From an uncultured virus (IMG/VR IMGVR_UViG_3300035505_000652) (Duplodnaviria; Heunggongvirae; Uroviricota; Caudoviricetes), in the IMG/VR virus record IMGVR_UViG_3300035505_000652: DNA of 64,000 nt. The stretch is one strand, 5' to 3'. The stretch's first letter is position 1, and each line of letters begins with the position of its first letter. Shown here in pieces: positions 14,901-26,900 of this stretch. Both the position numbers and the translations under genes were made by a program. The notes below the pieces were generated by a model that saw only the letters and a list, made by a program, of their open reading frames with translations, ran no database searches and was not told the origin of the DNA.

Positions 14901-17900
14901 GTCTTAATTCTAAAATAGATTGTAGAATTTTGGGCAAAATAACCTGTAGGGTATTCACCAGTCAAATAAGAAAGAAGTGTTCCATCCCAATTGTCTGATG
15001 ATGGTGTTGTTATATCATAAGTTATAACCTCTTCATCATTTTCATTGATGTAGTTGTTTACTTCTGTTATAACCCATCCCTCATTCTCCAAAGTTTCCAC
15101 GTCCTTTGTAACAAGAACAGTTTCCCCGTCAATTGTGTCATAGTATGAAATATAGCATAACTTGTCATCTTGATAAGTGACTGTATTAGGCAATACAAAT
15201 GTAACATTAAATGTTTGGTAAAGCACATCTCCATTAACATCCTTATCATTCACGCTTAAAATCTCATTGGTTATTTGAGATGAATAATATAACACATCTG
15301 AATATTGATGGTTTTTGGTTGTTCTTGAAGTACTAAATTTGCCGTTTAATTGTCCAATTTCATCCAATGAACTTGAAACATACAAATAGTTTTGGATTTG
15401 AGGAATTGCAACCCTTACATCCAAATGGTTTGTAACTCCAGAATCATTTACTACATTTGTAGTCGTGTCTTCAATATGGGTTGTATCACCATTCAAATTG
15501 AAGTCTTTATTATCATCATCCAGCAACAATTTATATCCACTGTTATGCTGCAAGTTAATATCATTAACTTCATAATATCTATGGTTATAATTTATCAAGC
15601 TGTATGAGTCCGTTGATGAACTCAATGTGTAATTTGGTGTCCATCCACCAGTAAAGGTTACGCTTCTATAATTCTCTGAAGTATGAGCGCTTCCCCTTAC
15701 ATACCAAGAATAAGTAAATGTATTGTATATCAAGGATTTTCTATAGGAAGGAACAGTTACATTGAAAATGTTGTAATATACCCCTCCAACCCTATAATAA
15801 TTAAATACATTGTTGTAAACGGTATTCTTGTCTGGGTCTGAATACAATGAGCTGCCATCATAAATAAGTCCAAAGTTGTTAGTATTGCTGTTTATTGACT
15901 TGCTGTTCATTTCAGTCATAAGGCTGTAAACATCATCATCAGTTATAAATTTAAAGTTTTTCAATGTACTTGAAACATATGCATTTATAGGTCTTATTAT
16001 TGAATACGTCTTGCCATTTGTAGCAATTATATCCTCATAATCAGTATGGACTTTGAACGTCTTGATTGAGAAAATATTTGTTGAACCGCTTGAAATTCTA
16101 GCTTCTTTTTCTTTTTCCCCAAGATAAGTTTCATCTGCCCAAATTGTTACTTTATATCTACCTTCAACTTCAATGCTTCCATCCTCGTTATAAACATAAG
16201 AGCCGTCACTGTTGGTCTTTTCGACTTCAACATATTCAACTTTTGATTTATACTTGGATTGTTCATCTTCCAAGACATCTCCATTTGCATCATACAATGT
16301 CCAATCCAATTCCTTGGTCGCATTTACTTCATTATCTGTAGTAAATATTGTATTGCCTTCTGTTGTGACTGGAACTAATGCTTCTGGTAAATAGGTTGTA
16401 ACAACTGGAAGGATGTAATCACCCTTGTTGCCTCCTATTGTCTCATCATTATATTTGAATCTAGTGTTATATGTGTAAGGTTCATAAGCAGTACGTGCAT
16501 TCAAATATGTAGCTGCATCTTCAGGCATATATGATGTCAAGTAAAAGCTATTTTCAACAACAACATTTACCGTATTTGTCACACCTTCATCAGATACATA
16601 ATAATCTTCAATATTCTTGCCTGCATTTGCAACATTACCATTCTCATCACTTCCATAAGTAATCCATGTATTAATGTATGGCTTTCTCATTGAAACCCTT
16701 GTACCTGTAACTGCATAGAATTTTACATTTGATACATCATTGCTATAAAGCTCATGCAAGTTTGAACTGGTCTCACTATAATATGTTCCATTTGTGGAAG
16801 AAGAACCATTTGTTACAAACGCCATATTTCTAATATTGTAGCCGTTAATGTATGGAGTATTGATTGAAGAACCATTATAAGTAAATGCCGTGTCATATTC
16901 ATTCCATACGCCATAAAGGAAATCTTGTCCCAAATTTTGAACATTCTTGATTTTTGTCCTACATGAACCAACAAGCTGGGTATCATTATAGATTTGATAG
17001 TATAATGAATTTTCACTATCAATTGGCTTAACCATGACTTCATCATACCAACCCTCATTTTTATTTGTTTCAGATACTATTGAATCAAATCTAACCCTCA
17101 TACTGTATCCAAAATTTGAACCCCTGTTAAACCACTTATCTAATGGATAGTTAATTGTGATTTTAAGGACATAGCACTTGTTGTTAATATCATCTTCATC
17201 ATTTGAATAATATTCATTAATGTAATCTGTATTCCAAATAGGGTCAACCACGCTATATGGACTTAAATATCCCTTATAATCATCTGGTGTCTGTATTACT
17301 TCAAAAGTCGCATACTCTGTAACATCTATATCCCATGTATTATAATTGCTTAATGAAAGAACTTGGAAATTCTTAAGGTTTCCATCCTCATCAAAGAGAG
17401 GGGTAATTCCTTTTGGAACAACATAAGTTATCTCAATGCCATCAACGCCCCAGTCTCCATAGTTGTAAACACCTATTTCATGGGTTGCTGTCTGGTTGTA
17501 TTCCAATACAGGTGAATTGTCATCAAATATAAATGTCTTATATAACCATGACCTTCTAGCTTTGAATGTGCTTCCATTTGCTGTATTGTAATAGTTTGAG
17601 GTTCTTTGGTTTGCATACTTAGGGCTTCCAAAATCATATTTGTATATAGTGGAAGAATCATTTGGAATTATTTCAGTGCTTGCTGCAAGCCATGCCTTTG
17701 TTAAATGCATTCTTGTTTCAGACCAAATAATATTTGTTCTTTCGCTATTTGAAGTCCCTTCTTCTGCTCCATCCCAATATTTTCCATATGCAATTCTTTT
17801 TGATAAGATAAAATTAAAATAGTCTCTGCTACTATAAGTATAGCTGCTTGGCATTGAATCATAAGCCCTATTTGAAACATATGGAGTATATGTTGTTTGT

Positions 17901-20900
17901 TGGATATAGTTTCCAACATTGGCATCATAATCATCAAATCTTCCATTAGCGCCGCCATAGTTTGAATCACTGCTTGAAGTTCCTGGGAAGTATGTAACTG
18001 AATAGTTTAAATACTCCCAATTCTCACATTGAGGGTTTACCGTACCAGACACGCCTGCATCAAGCATCAAATAATCCATATCCATTGCATAGCTTTCATT
18101 TGCAAATCTTGCATATGAACCATATGATTGTCCATAATATTTTGTGGACTGGTATGGATAATAAACAACAGAGGTATGGTAGGAATTTGAATATGTATAA
18201 TATTCTCCATATTTAGGGAAATATCCATTCTGCATATTATTTCCACTTTTGGTATATGTCATAGGCAAACCATTTTGCCTTATTTGGGCATTGTATATAA
18301 TTTCAATACTGTCATCAATTAGCAAATCTTCATTAAATACAAACTTATATACATAAAAGCTTATTTCATATGTGCTTGACACTGAAAGGTCGCTGAATGT
18401 ATAGCCTCCAATATTGGAAGCGCCGCTTGCGCTTTGGGAAACAACTTGGTCTCCACCAAAGTCATTGTCAACAACTTCATACTTTTCAAAAGTAAAATCA
18501 TCACTTGTCAAAGTAACCGCTTCGCCATTAATGTATTTTATAACGGTAAAATCATCACTTTCATATTCATCATAACCGACAAGGTATTCTGGAAGCTTAA
18601 TGTACATTTCTGGATTAAGTAAAACTCCCTGTAAAGTATCATATGATGTTGATTTTACATTGTGGAGGTAAACCTTATTCCATAAAGTGTCATTAGGCCT
18701 ATAAGTTGTCTTTTGTGAAGCATATGCATTATATGAAGCAAATGCCTCTTCTTTTGTTTCAAAGTTTTGTATTTGGATTGAAACTATAGGATTTTCCCTT
18801 AATATATTCTTTGTTATTGATGTGCTTTCAGTCAATGTATAGGTTGTGTCATTATCATCAATAAATGTATGAAGGATGTTGCCGCTTACCTTTGCCATGT
18901 AATAGTTTGACATTGAAGAAGTCCTATTGTCAAGGTTTCTTATATCCTGCCATCTACCCACGCCATGGATTTCAACATTAGGCAAAGCTGTTTCATCTTT
19001 TGTTACTTGGTAATATGTCCATCTAACTGATGTAGCCTTAACCAATGTATCAATATCATTATCTGTAGTCCACTCACCATCAACAAGGTATTCGACCAAA
19101 ATATCATCATGTTCGTTGTCGTCATCTGGATAAGTTGGAACTACCGGCTCCTGTATTTCAAAGCCCTTATATCCACTTGCATCCAACAAATTGATTGTAA
19201 CCATGATATTGTCATTATATCTTCCTGTCTTGTTTACAATGTTTGAAACATTTATGGTTGCAGCTTGTCCGTCATAATGGGCATAGTCTGTTGAATTTGC
19301 AACCTCCCTGTCAAACGTGTAAGACAAGTTAATAGATTCACTGTCATAAGTTGACACGCTTGATGTAAGTTTTGTTACATAATCACTTCTGCTTGTACCT
19401 GTAAGGTCTCCAAAATAAGTTGATTTTGAAATACTTCCATAGGAATCCCTATAACTTGTATTTTCCAAGCTATAAGCATTGAATTGGTGTCTTTGTTCTC
19501 CAAAAGCCTCAACTACTTGTGATACAGTCACACCTTCAAGTGAGCTTGAATCTTTTATTATTTTTGTTGTAATAATAAATTGCACGCTCTCTCCTGGCAT
19601 CAACATTGCATCTTTTTCAATATTATCTTCGCCAAGCTTTAATACCAAAACCTTGATATTGTCATCAGATACTTCACTCTTGTCAATATCTGTTGTATTG
19701 TTCAACAAACCTGTAATCTTGTCATCTGGAATACTTGAATTGTTATTTAAAATATCCCACAAAACAATTCTTTGGTTTGTTCCTGTTGTAAATTTAATGT
19801 CTGGGCTGTAAATTGGAATTATAGTACTTGTTGTATTGGAAATTGTAATCGTATAATCAATATAATCTCCACCCTTTAACTGGCTTGTACTTATTCCAAC
19901 TTTTTCACCATTTGCATCTTTATAATAAGCAAGATATTTTGTTCCATCAATGATTGTTCCTCTTTGCTCATTTAAATTTAAAGTTGCATATCTTGAATAG
20001 TAACTATAATAATTGCTATGTGTTGACGAAAGTTCGCTATAAACACCCGCATTCAAATCAACGGTTGTAGGGGTTACTTCCAAGCTGTTTGTTACAGTTG
20101 TGCTTAAATCCCTATTTGCTGTATTTGAGAAAGAAGAAGATGTCACACGAGATTCAAGTGTATACTCACCATTTTCAATCTCCTCAACTGTCCTATCGAC
20201 CATAATGCCTGTGTATGTTATAGTGTATCCATTTGTCCTGTCACTTGTCAAATACTCGCTTGCTGACAAGTTATCCTCATCCTGTAAGGATGTTTTTAAA
20301 GCCTTCATGACAAACTTGAAATTGCTTACATACACTTTCACATAAGTATTGTTGTATGTATACTTTGCAAGATTTGCATATTGCTCTTTTAATAGATATT
20401 TTTCAACATTGAATACATAATCATCACCATCTTTGGCAATATATGTGCCGTCATTAATCATCTCAACCAATTCTTCATGTGTGAATGATTTTGTCTTGCT
20501 GTTTCCATATGTTAATGTAAATGTGTCAACATTAAACCAATCACCATCAATTAAGAAGGTTGGAATGTTTATAGTTGTAAGTCTGAATTGTGAATCCAAT
20601 GAATTATTAATAGTAACTTTATTAATGTGTGCTGGGTCTTCAACAATGGTGACTGTTTGTGTTGAAGATGTTCCATCTTCACCTTCAACCACCTGTGTAA
20701 TATTCCTGTTATATTTGCTTGTGTTCCAAATCTTAACACCAAATGACATCGTTGTTGGCGTAACCAAATCATCTTGGTAATAAGTCTTGGTTCTTGTCTC
20801 CAATATATCAAGGGAATGTCCCATATTGTAATTCAACAAATATCCCAATAAGTAAGAACCGCTTGAACTACTTCTTGTAGTTCCATCATTATTCTTATTT

Positions 20901-23900
20901 GTATAGGAAACTGTATTTGTAGCTTCTGAAACTGGTGTTATATCCTTTATGGTGTAAACATTTCCAACAACTATAATGTCTTGAGTTGTTGAATTTAAGG
21001 TATTATATTTTAATGCATGATTGTATTGGCTTGCATTGTCAACAGTTCCCCTAATGTTTACAATGTCAAAAGTATAGCTCTTTGGATATGTGTTTTCTGG
21101 AAGAAGAATATCTTGTTCATTTTCCTTTTCCTCTCCAAGCTCTGCATACTTGATATTTATAACATAGTTTCCATCACTTCCAAGAAGCAAATCTTCCTTC
21201 TTTATTGTAAGGGAATCCCCATCTTGTCTTGAATATGTTCCATCCCATGTCTTTGATAAGATTATAGGCTCGCCATTTTCATCAAGCTTGTTTACTACTT
21301 TTGTAGTGACAACACCTTCTTCATCTTCAACCTCGACTTCTTCTGTTTCATAAACTATATCATAATTCTTGTCAAAAACTTGAAGTTTAAGTGTCAATGT
21401 AGAATCCAACAAGCTATAGATTTCTGGGCTTACCTTTAATTGCCTTACAAGGAAGCCGTCATATCCCAACTCTTCTATTGCATTCTTCTCAATGTTGGGG
21501 AATGTATCAATAAAAGTTATCTTGTCAACAAAGTCATATTCATTATCATAATCAAAAGGATTTTCTGCATATGAAGGCAAGCTTCCAGTAATCCTCAATC
21601 CTGACTTATAATAAGAGCCATATGAACTTGTGTAATTTGCATAAAATTGTGCTTTTGTATATGGGCTTCTTCCAAAGTTAACAACATATTGGTATTCATT
21701 TGAGAACTTGCAATTGTCATCAAACTTGGTTGTAACGCTTTGATGAACGCCTGCTTGCACTGTTTGGTTTGTGTAGTTATCAACATATGCAATATTTTTT
21801 GAATAAACTATACCAGACATACTTTGATAATTTGTCCATAAATAAGCAGAATGATAACAGCCACCACCAGAACTATGTGTATGGTAATCATATGATGAAG
21901 CAATCCATACAGAATACATCCAATCACTGTCTGTTGTAAGGTCTTTTGAGCCAACCAAGGTTCTTTCCTTTGCTCTTTCAGACGTTCCAATGGTGATTGT
22001 CGCATTTGCTGTAACCTCAACTTTTCCAGTTTTGATATAACGACCAGTTACTTGGAACATACCCCAAGTGGTCTCATCTGCTTCATCATACCATGTATCA
22101 TAATCTGGAACATTTAAGATGACATTGCCATCCTCATCCATTGTCCATTGGTCTTCATTCATTGTTAAATGAACAACTACCTTTGAAACTCCATTTGTTT
22201 CCAATTCATCAAAAGCATCCTTGAAGTAAAGGTTTTCTTCATTGTCAAACAATTTATCTATATCTTCCGTTACAAGGTTAATCCTTGTTGATGTGCCGTC
22301 AGCTGCATTTGCTACAAAATCCTTGCTTTGCAATGAGAAAGATGTTCCATCCTCCCTGTATACTTCAAGACCAGTAATCCAATCAAACGCCCTTGAATCA
22401 ACCAAAAGGTAATAAGCATTGAAATATTCGCTTGGTATCGTTATGGTTAAATCAACATCCATTGCAGTATTTAAAGAAGGAACTTTTACCTCTGCAGCGC
22501 TTGTTTCTTGGTCATGATATCCAAAATTGTATATCCAACTTTTTCCATTGTTATTACAACCAAATTTAGGAATGTCATAAAGCTTGTCAATATGGTTTGG
22601 AAGGTTGCTTCCAACATTCAAGTATTGTCTAAAATCAATATAATATGTTCCTATTGACTTATAGCCTATTTCCAATTCAGTATTGTCTATCTCAATATCT
22701 TTGCTCTTCTCACCATTATTATAAGTATAATATTCCGCACTAGCACCATCTTTTGAAATAAGATTCCAAGTAAGAGTTGGATGATGAGAACAACTATATC
22801 CCCTATACCAAAGCCTTGTATCTTCAACTGGCATTCCATAAACATTTTTGCCTTTGATGTCTGACTGGTATCCAACCCTGACAACTGTATCTATATATAG
22901 TTTTGCTACCTTGTTAATAGAGTAATCCTGCTTGTTGAATTGAACAAGCTTATCACCATTTAAGTTGTTTACAGTTTTGGTTAAATATTTATTTGAAGAA
23001 TTAAGCGGTGAATCTACATAACCATATACTTGGACAAGTTTTGTTGTCTCTGCCAATGCCTTATAGTCATTACCTTCAATATATATGCTTGAAATATTGT
23101 CAAGGGAAATATCATCTATTTGTATTGTTGAGACACCATCCTTGAAAGGATAAAGTGTTCCTTCAATAAGCAATCCATCTTCCTGATACTTGACATCCAA
23201 ATAATCTCCATTTACATCATAAAGCTTGAAGCTTGTGATTTCTTTAAACAAAGTAAATGCTTCTTTTGTAAATTCAAATGATGTAACATGCATACCAGAA
23301 TCATCGCTATTCCATGCAGGCATGGTTATTGTTATTTCAGGATTATCCAAAATGGAAATCGTTTTGTTTTCCAAATAAGTGCTGAATGAAAAATCCCTGT
23401 CATAAGGTATCGCCAAGATTGTATAGCTTCCATCACTATTCTTTGTATCTGTATAACCAGCCTCTGTTTCATCACCATAATATACATGGGTGTAAGGAAT
23501 AAGGTATGGGTCATCAATCCAAAATCTCGCGCTTATGCTCTTATTCATATTTGCAAAGCCTGAATTTTGATACTTAAACGATAATGTACTTGTTAAATAA
23601 TCTTCGCTATTGTCTGGTTCTGTGTAGTTGGAAATACCATAGATTTTAACATCCACGTTATTATCGCTTGCAATTGTTGTATTTCCAAGGATATTATTTG
23701 CAACAATTGTTATGGATTTAACCTTTTCAGGCAAATCAATGTAATAATTGCCATCATTGTCAACTTTTAAATCCTTGACGCTTATAGTGGTAGCAGTTTG
23801 ACTTCCATATTGGTATAACAATACTTCTTTAATGTCAATAATGTCCTTGTCATTTGTTACAACAAACTTAGTTGCATCAAATCCAGTCACAAGGCTTCCC

Positions 23901-26900
23901 CTTTCATCTATATCAATAGATATTTCAAGGTTGACCTCATTTGTACTGCTGTCGCTCTTGTTTTCAATTTTATACTCATAATAAGATTCATCATGTAATG
24001 CAACTTCAAGTGTTGGAACGCTGCCATTTGTGGAATCTTTGGATAAATCATTATAATGAACGCTTGATGTTAAATAAACATCTGGTGACAATAATTGAAA
24101 ACTTGCGCTTCTTGATTCGTTGCCGGTTGTGTAGTATAAGTTGTTAAATCCAAAAGACACTTTTGAAGTCAAAACATTTTGAGAAGTCTCTTTTGTATTA
24201 TCAAATCTTACATATCCATCAACAATGATATCAATATTGTTTCCATTTGCAATTGAAAGATTTCCATAGACATCTGCAACTAGGATTTTTATATTGTTGG
24301 TTGCATCTTCCAATTCAATAGTCAAATATCCATCATTATCAATATTTGAGAGGTTTGTAATGGTCTTATATGGAGTTGTTTCTCCATCTTTATATAATTC
24401 TATTCCCTCAATATCCACAACGTCTGGGATTTTAATTTTTAATTTCTTTGCATCAAAACATAATGCTTCATCCACATAAGGGATGTTGATTGAAATAGTA
24501 GCATCATCCATCTTGTAGTTGTTGCTTATTTCAACTTTATAATTATATGAAGCCTCTTCATCCATAGGCAAGGTTATGCTTGGAACATCCTTTGATGTTG
24601 AAGTGCTTTTTGTATTTGTCTTATAATTTACACTCTCAACAATATTGGCTGTTGGCTTAATTAAATTAAGTCTTGCAATATTTGGATTATTCAAATCAGC
24701 CAAACAAGATGTCAATGGTTGGTAAGTCAATGTTCCAACTATTGTCTGAGCGCTGGACTTGCTTATATCAAAACTTGCCTCACCATAAACCTTTATATCA
24801 AGATTTGTGCCATTGTTGATGGTCGTATATCCATACATATTGTTGGCAACAATCTTCATAGTTGAAATGTCACTTGTTAATTCAACAACAATATTTCCAT
24901 CTTCAATAACAAAATCTTCTTTACCAATAACAACTACTTCTTTTGTTGTAAGAGAGGTTAATTGGATTTCCTCAATGTCTGCAATATTTGTGATGTCTCC
25001 AATAACCATTTTCGTAGGAAGGAAACCTTTTACATTTCCATTAACAATTGAATTGTTTAATGTGATGGTAAGGTCAACATTATTGGTTGGGGCTTCTGCA
25101 TCATTTTCAATACTCCATTGAAGGTAAGTGTCTTGATGGTTGTACATATTGAGTGATGCATAGTAATATGTGCCTGTAGACCTATTTATATCCGTACTCA
25201 CAACTGTGTTTTGATTTGAGCTTGAAACATAAGCTGTTGTTCTTATAATAGGATTCATGCGTGTAACTGTAACACTTAATTTGTCACTTCCAGACACGCT
25301 TATATTTGTCTCCTCATACAAAACTTCATTTTTTGCATTTATTGTAAAAGAGTTGTAATAAACAGCATTGCCAATAAAATCCAAATATAACTTACCAAAA
25401 GAGGTCTCGCTTTCAATCATTGTTAAATGAAGCTCTATATTGGATAAATCTCCACACTCATCATACCAAACATTTTTTGGAATAAGCGCATTTCCATCCT
25501 CATCAAGATATTTCTTTATATCTTCCAAGGATAATTCAAAGTCGCTTGAATTGATTGTCAAGCTTTCAAATCTATCTAAAACATCTTTTGAAATGAATAA
25601 TTTTTCAACTTCAAATTTATCTGCAAATCCATTTATTGTTATAACAGGATATTCAGCCATGCTTTCACCTGTATTTCCCAAATAAGCCCTTACATACTCA
25701 TTATCTATATACATAGGGAATGAGGATGTTGCTTTTAAAGTTCCATCAATATTTCTATATGAAACCAAATCAACAACTGGTCTTGCTGGGGATGTTGTCA
25801 ATGAAGCTGTATCCTTATCAGTATTGAAATCTGTATACTTATAAGAGGCTTCCGAGGCATCCAATTCTTGGTGCAATAGCTTTCTTTGCCAATAAATTGA
25901 AGCAGAGTTTGTTAATGTCGCAACCTTGTTTGCATATCCCCTGATTTGGATATTTCCATCCCAAGAAATATTCTTTGAAAACTTCTCATTAAAGTTTATC
26001 TTAATCTTTCTTGTAAATGTCGCATTATTTGCTTTTTCATAAGTTGAGATTAAAGTATCAACATCCGATAATGCGAAAGACGCATCATATCCATTATCAT
26101 AATCTTCCAATAATCCCAATGACACCCATAAAGTGCTTCCATTTTTGCTGAACTCAAACTCTAAAGGGTTTGTAAAATCCAAACATTCATTATAATCATA
26201 ATTTTTGTATACAACATAAATTATATCATCATTTGAATATTCCTCAACAACCTCACCGTCAGTCCAAGCTTCTTCCTTGAATTTGTTTAAATCAACATCA
26301 TCTTCACTTGATACTTCAACGCTTCCAAGATAATTAATCGGGGTGATGGAATTGACATAGTATTCCACACCTGTTTTGTTGTATTCATTGTCAGATAAAA
26401 CAGTTGTGTAATTTTTACCTATTGAATTATTAAAGTTAAAGATAATATCATTAAGGACAAAGTTTTCGGGAAGTTCCTCATAGATGTAAGTATTTGTGCT
26501 GTTAAGATTTCCAGTATATTTTATATCTCCAATGTAATAAGAATCTATTTTAAATAAAGCTATTTCCTTGTTTTCCAACCTTGTAGTTCCATTAAGGACG
26601 TATTTTTGAAGAGACCAATCCATAGCTGGGGTTTTTAAATAGCATTCTACATTGCTTGTCCTCTTTGACCATGAATACTCACTATAGCTTCCAAAATAAA
26701 CCGTTGGAATTAAATGGGATGTAATGGCAAAATCTGTATCCATTGTTGCTGGATATGGCACGCTTATATAATAGACCTTCTTGTTATTCTTTCCTTCTGC
26801 TTTGGCAACTGCTTCATTATATAGGGTTCCTTTTGTATCATCCTTCTCGATTGGTACAGTTATATCTCCAGCCAATGAATACAAATATGGCAAAGATTCA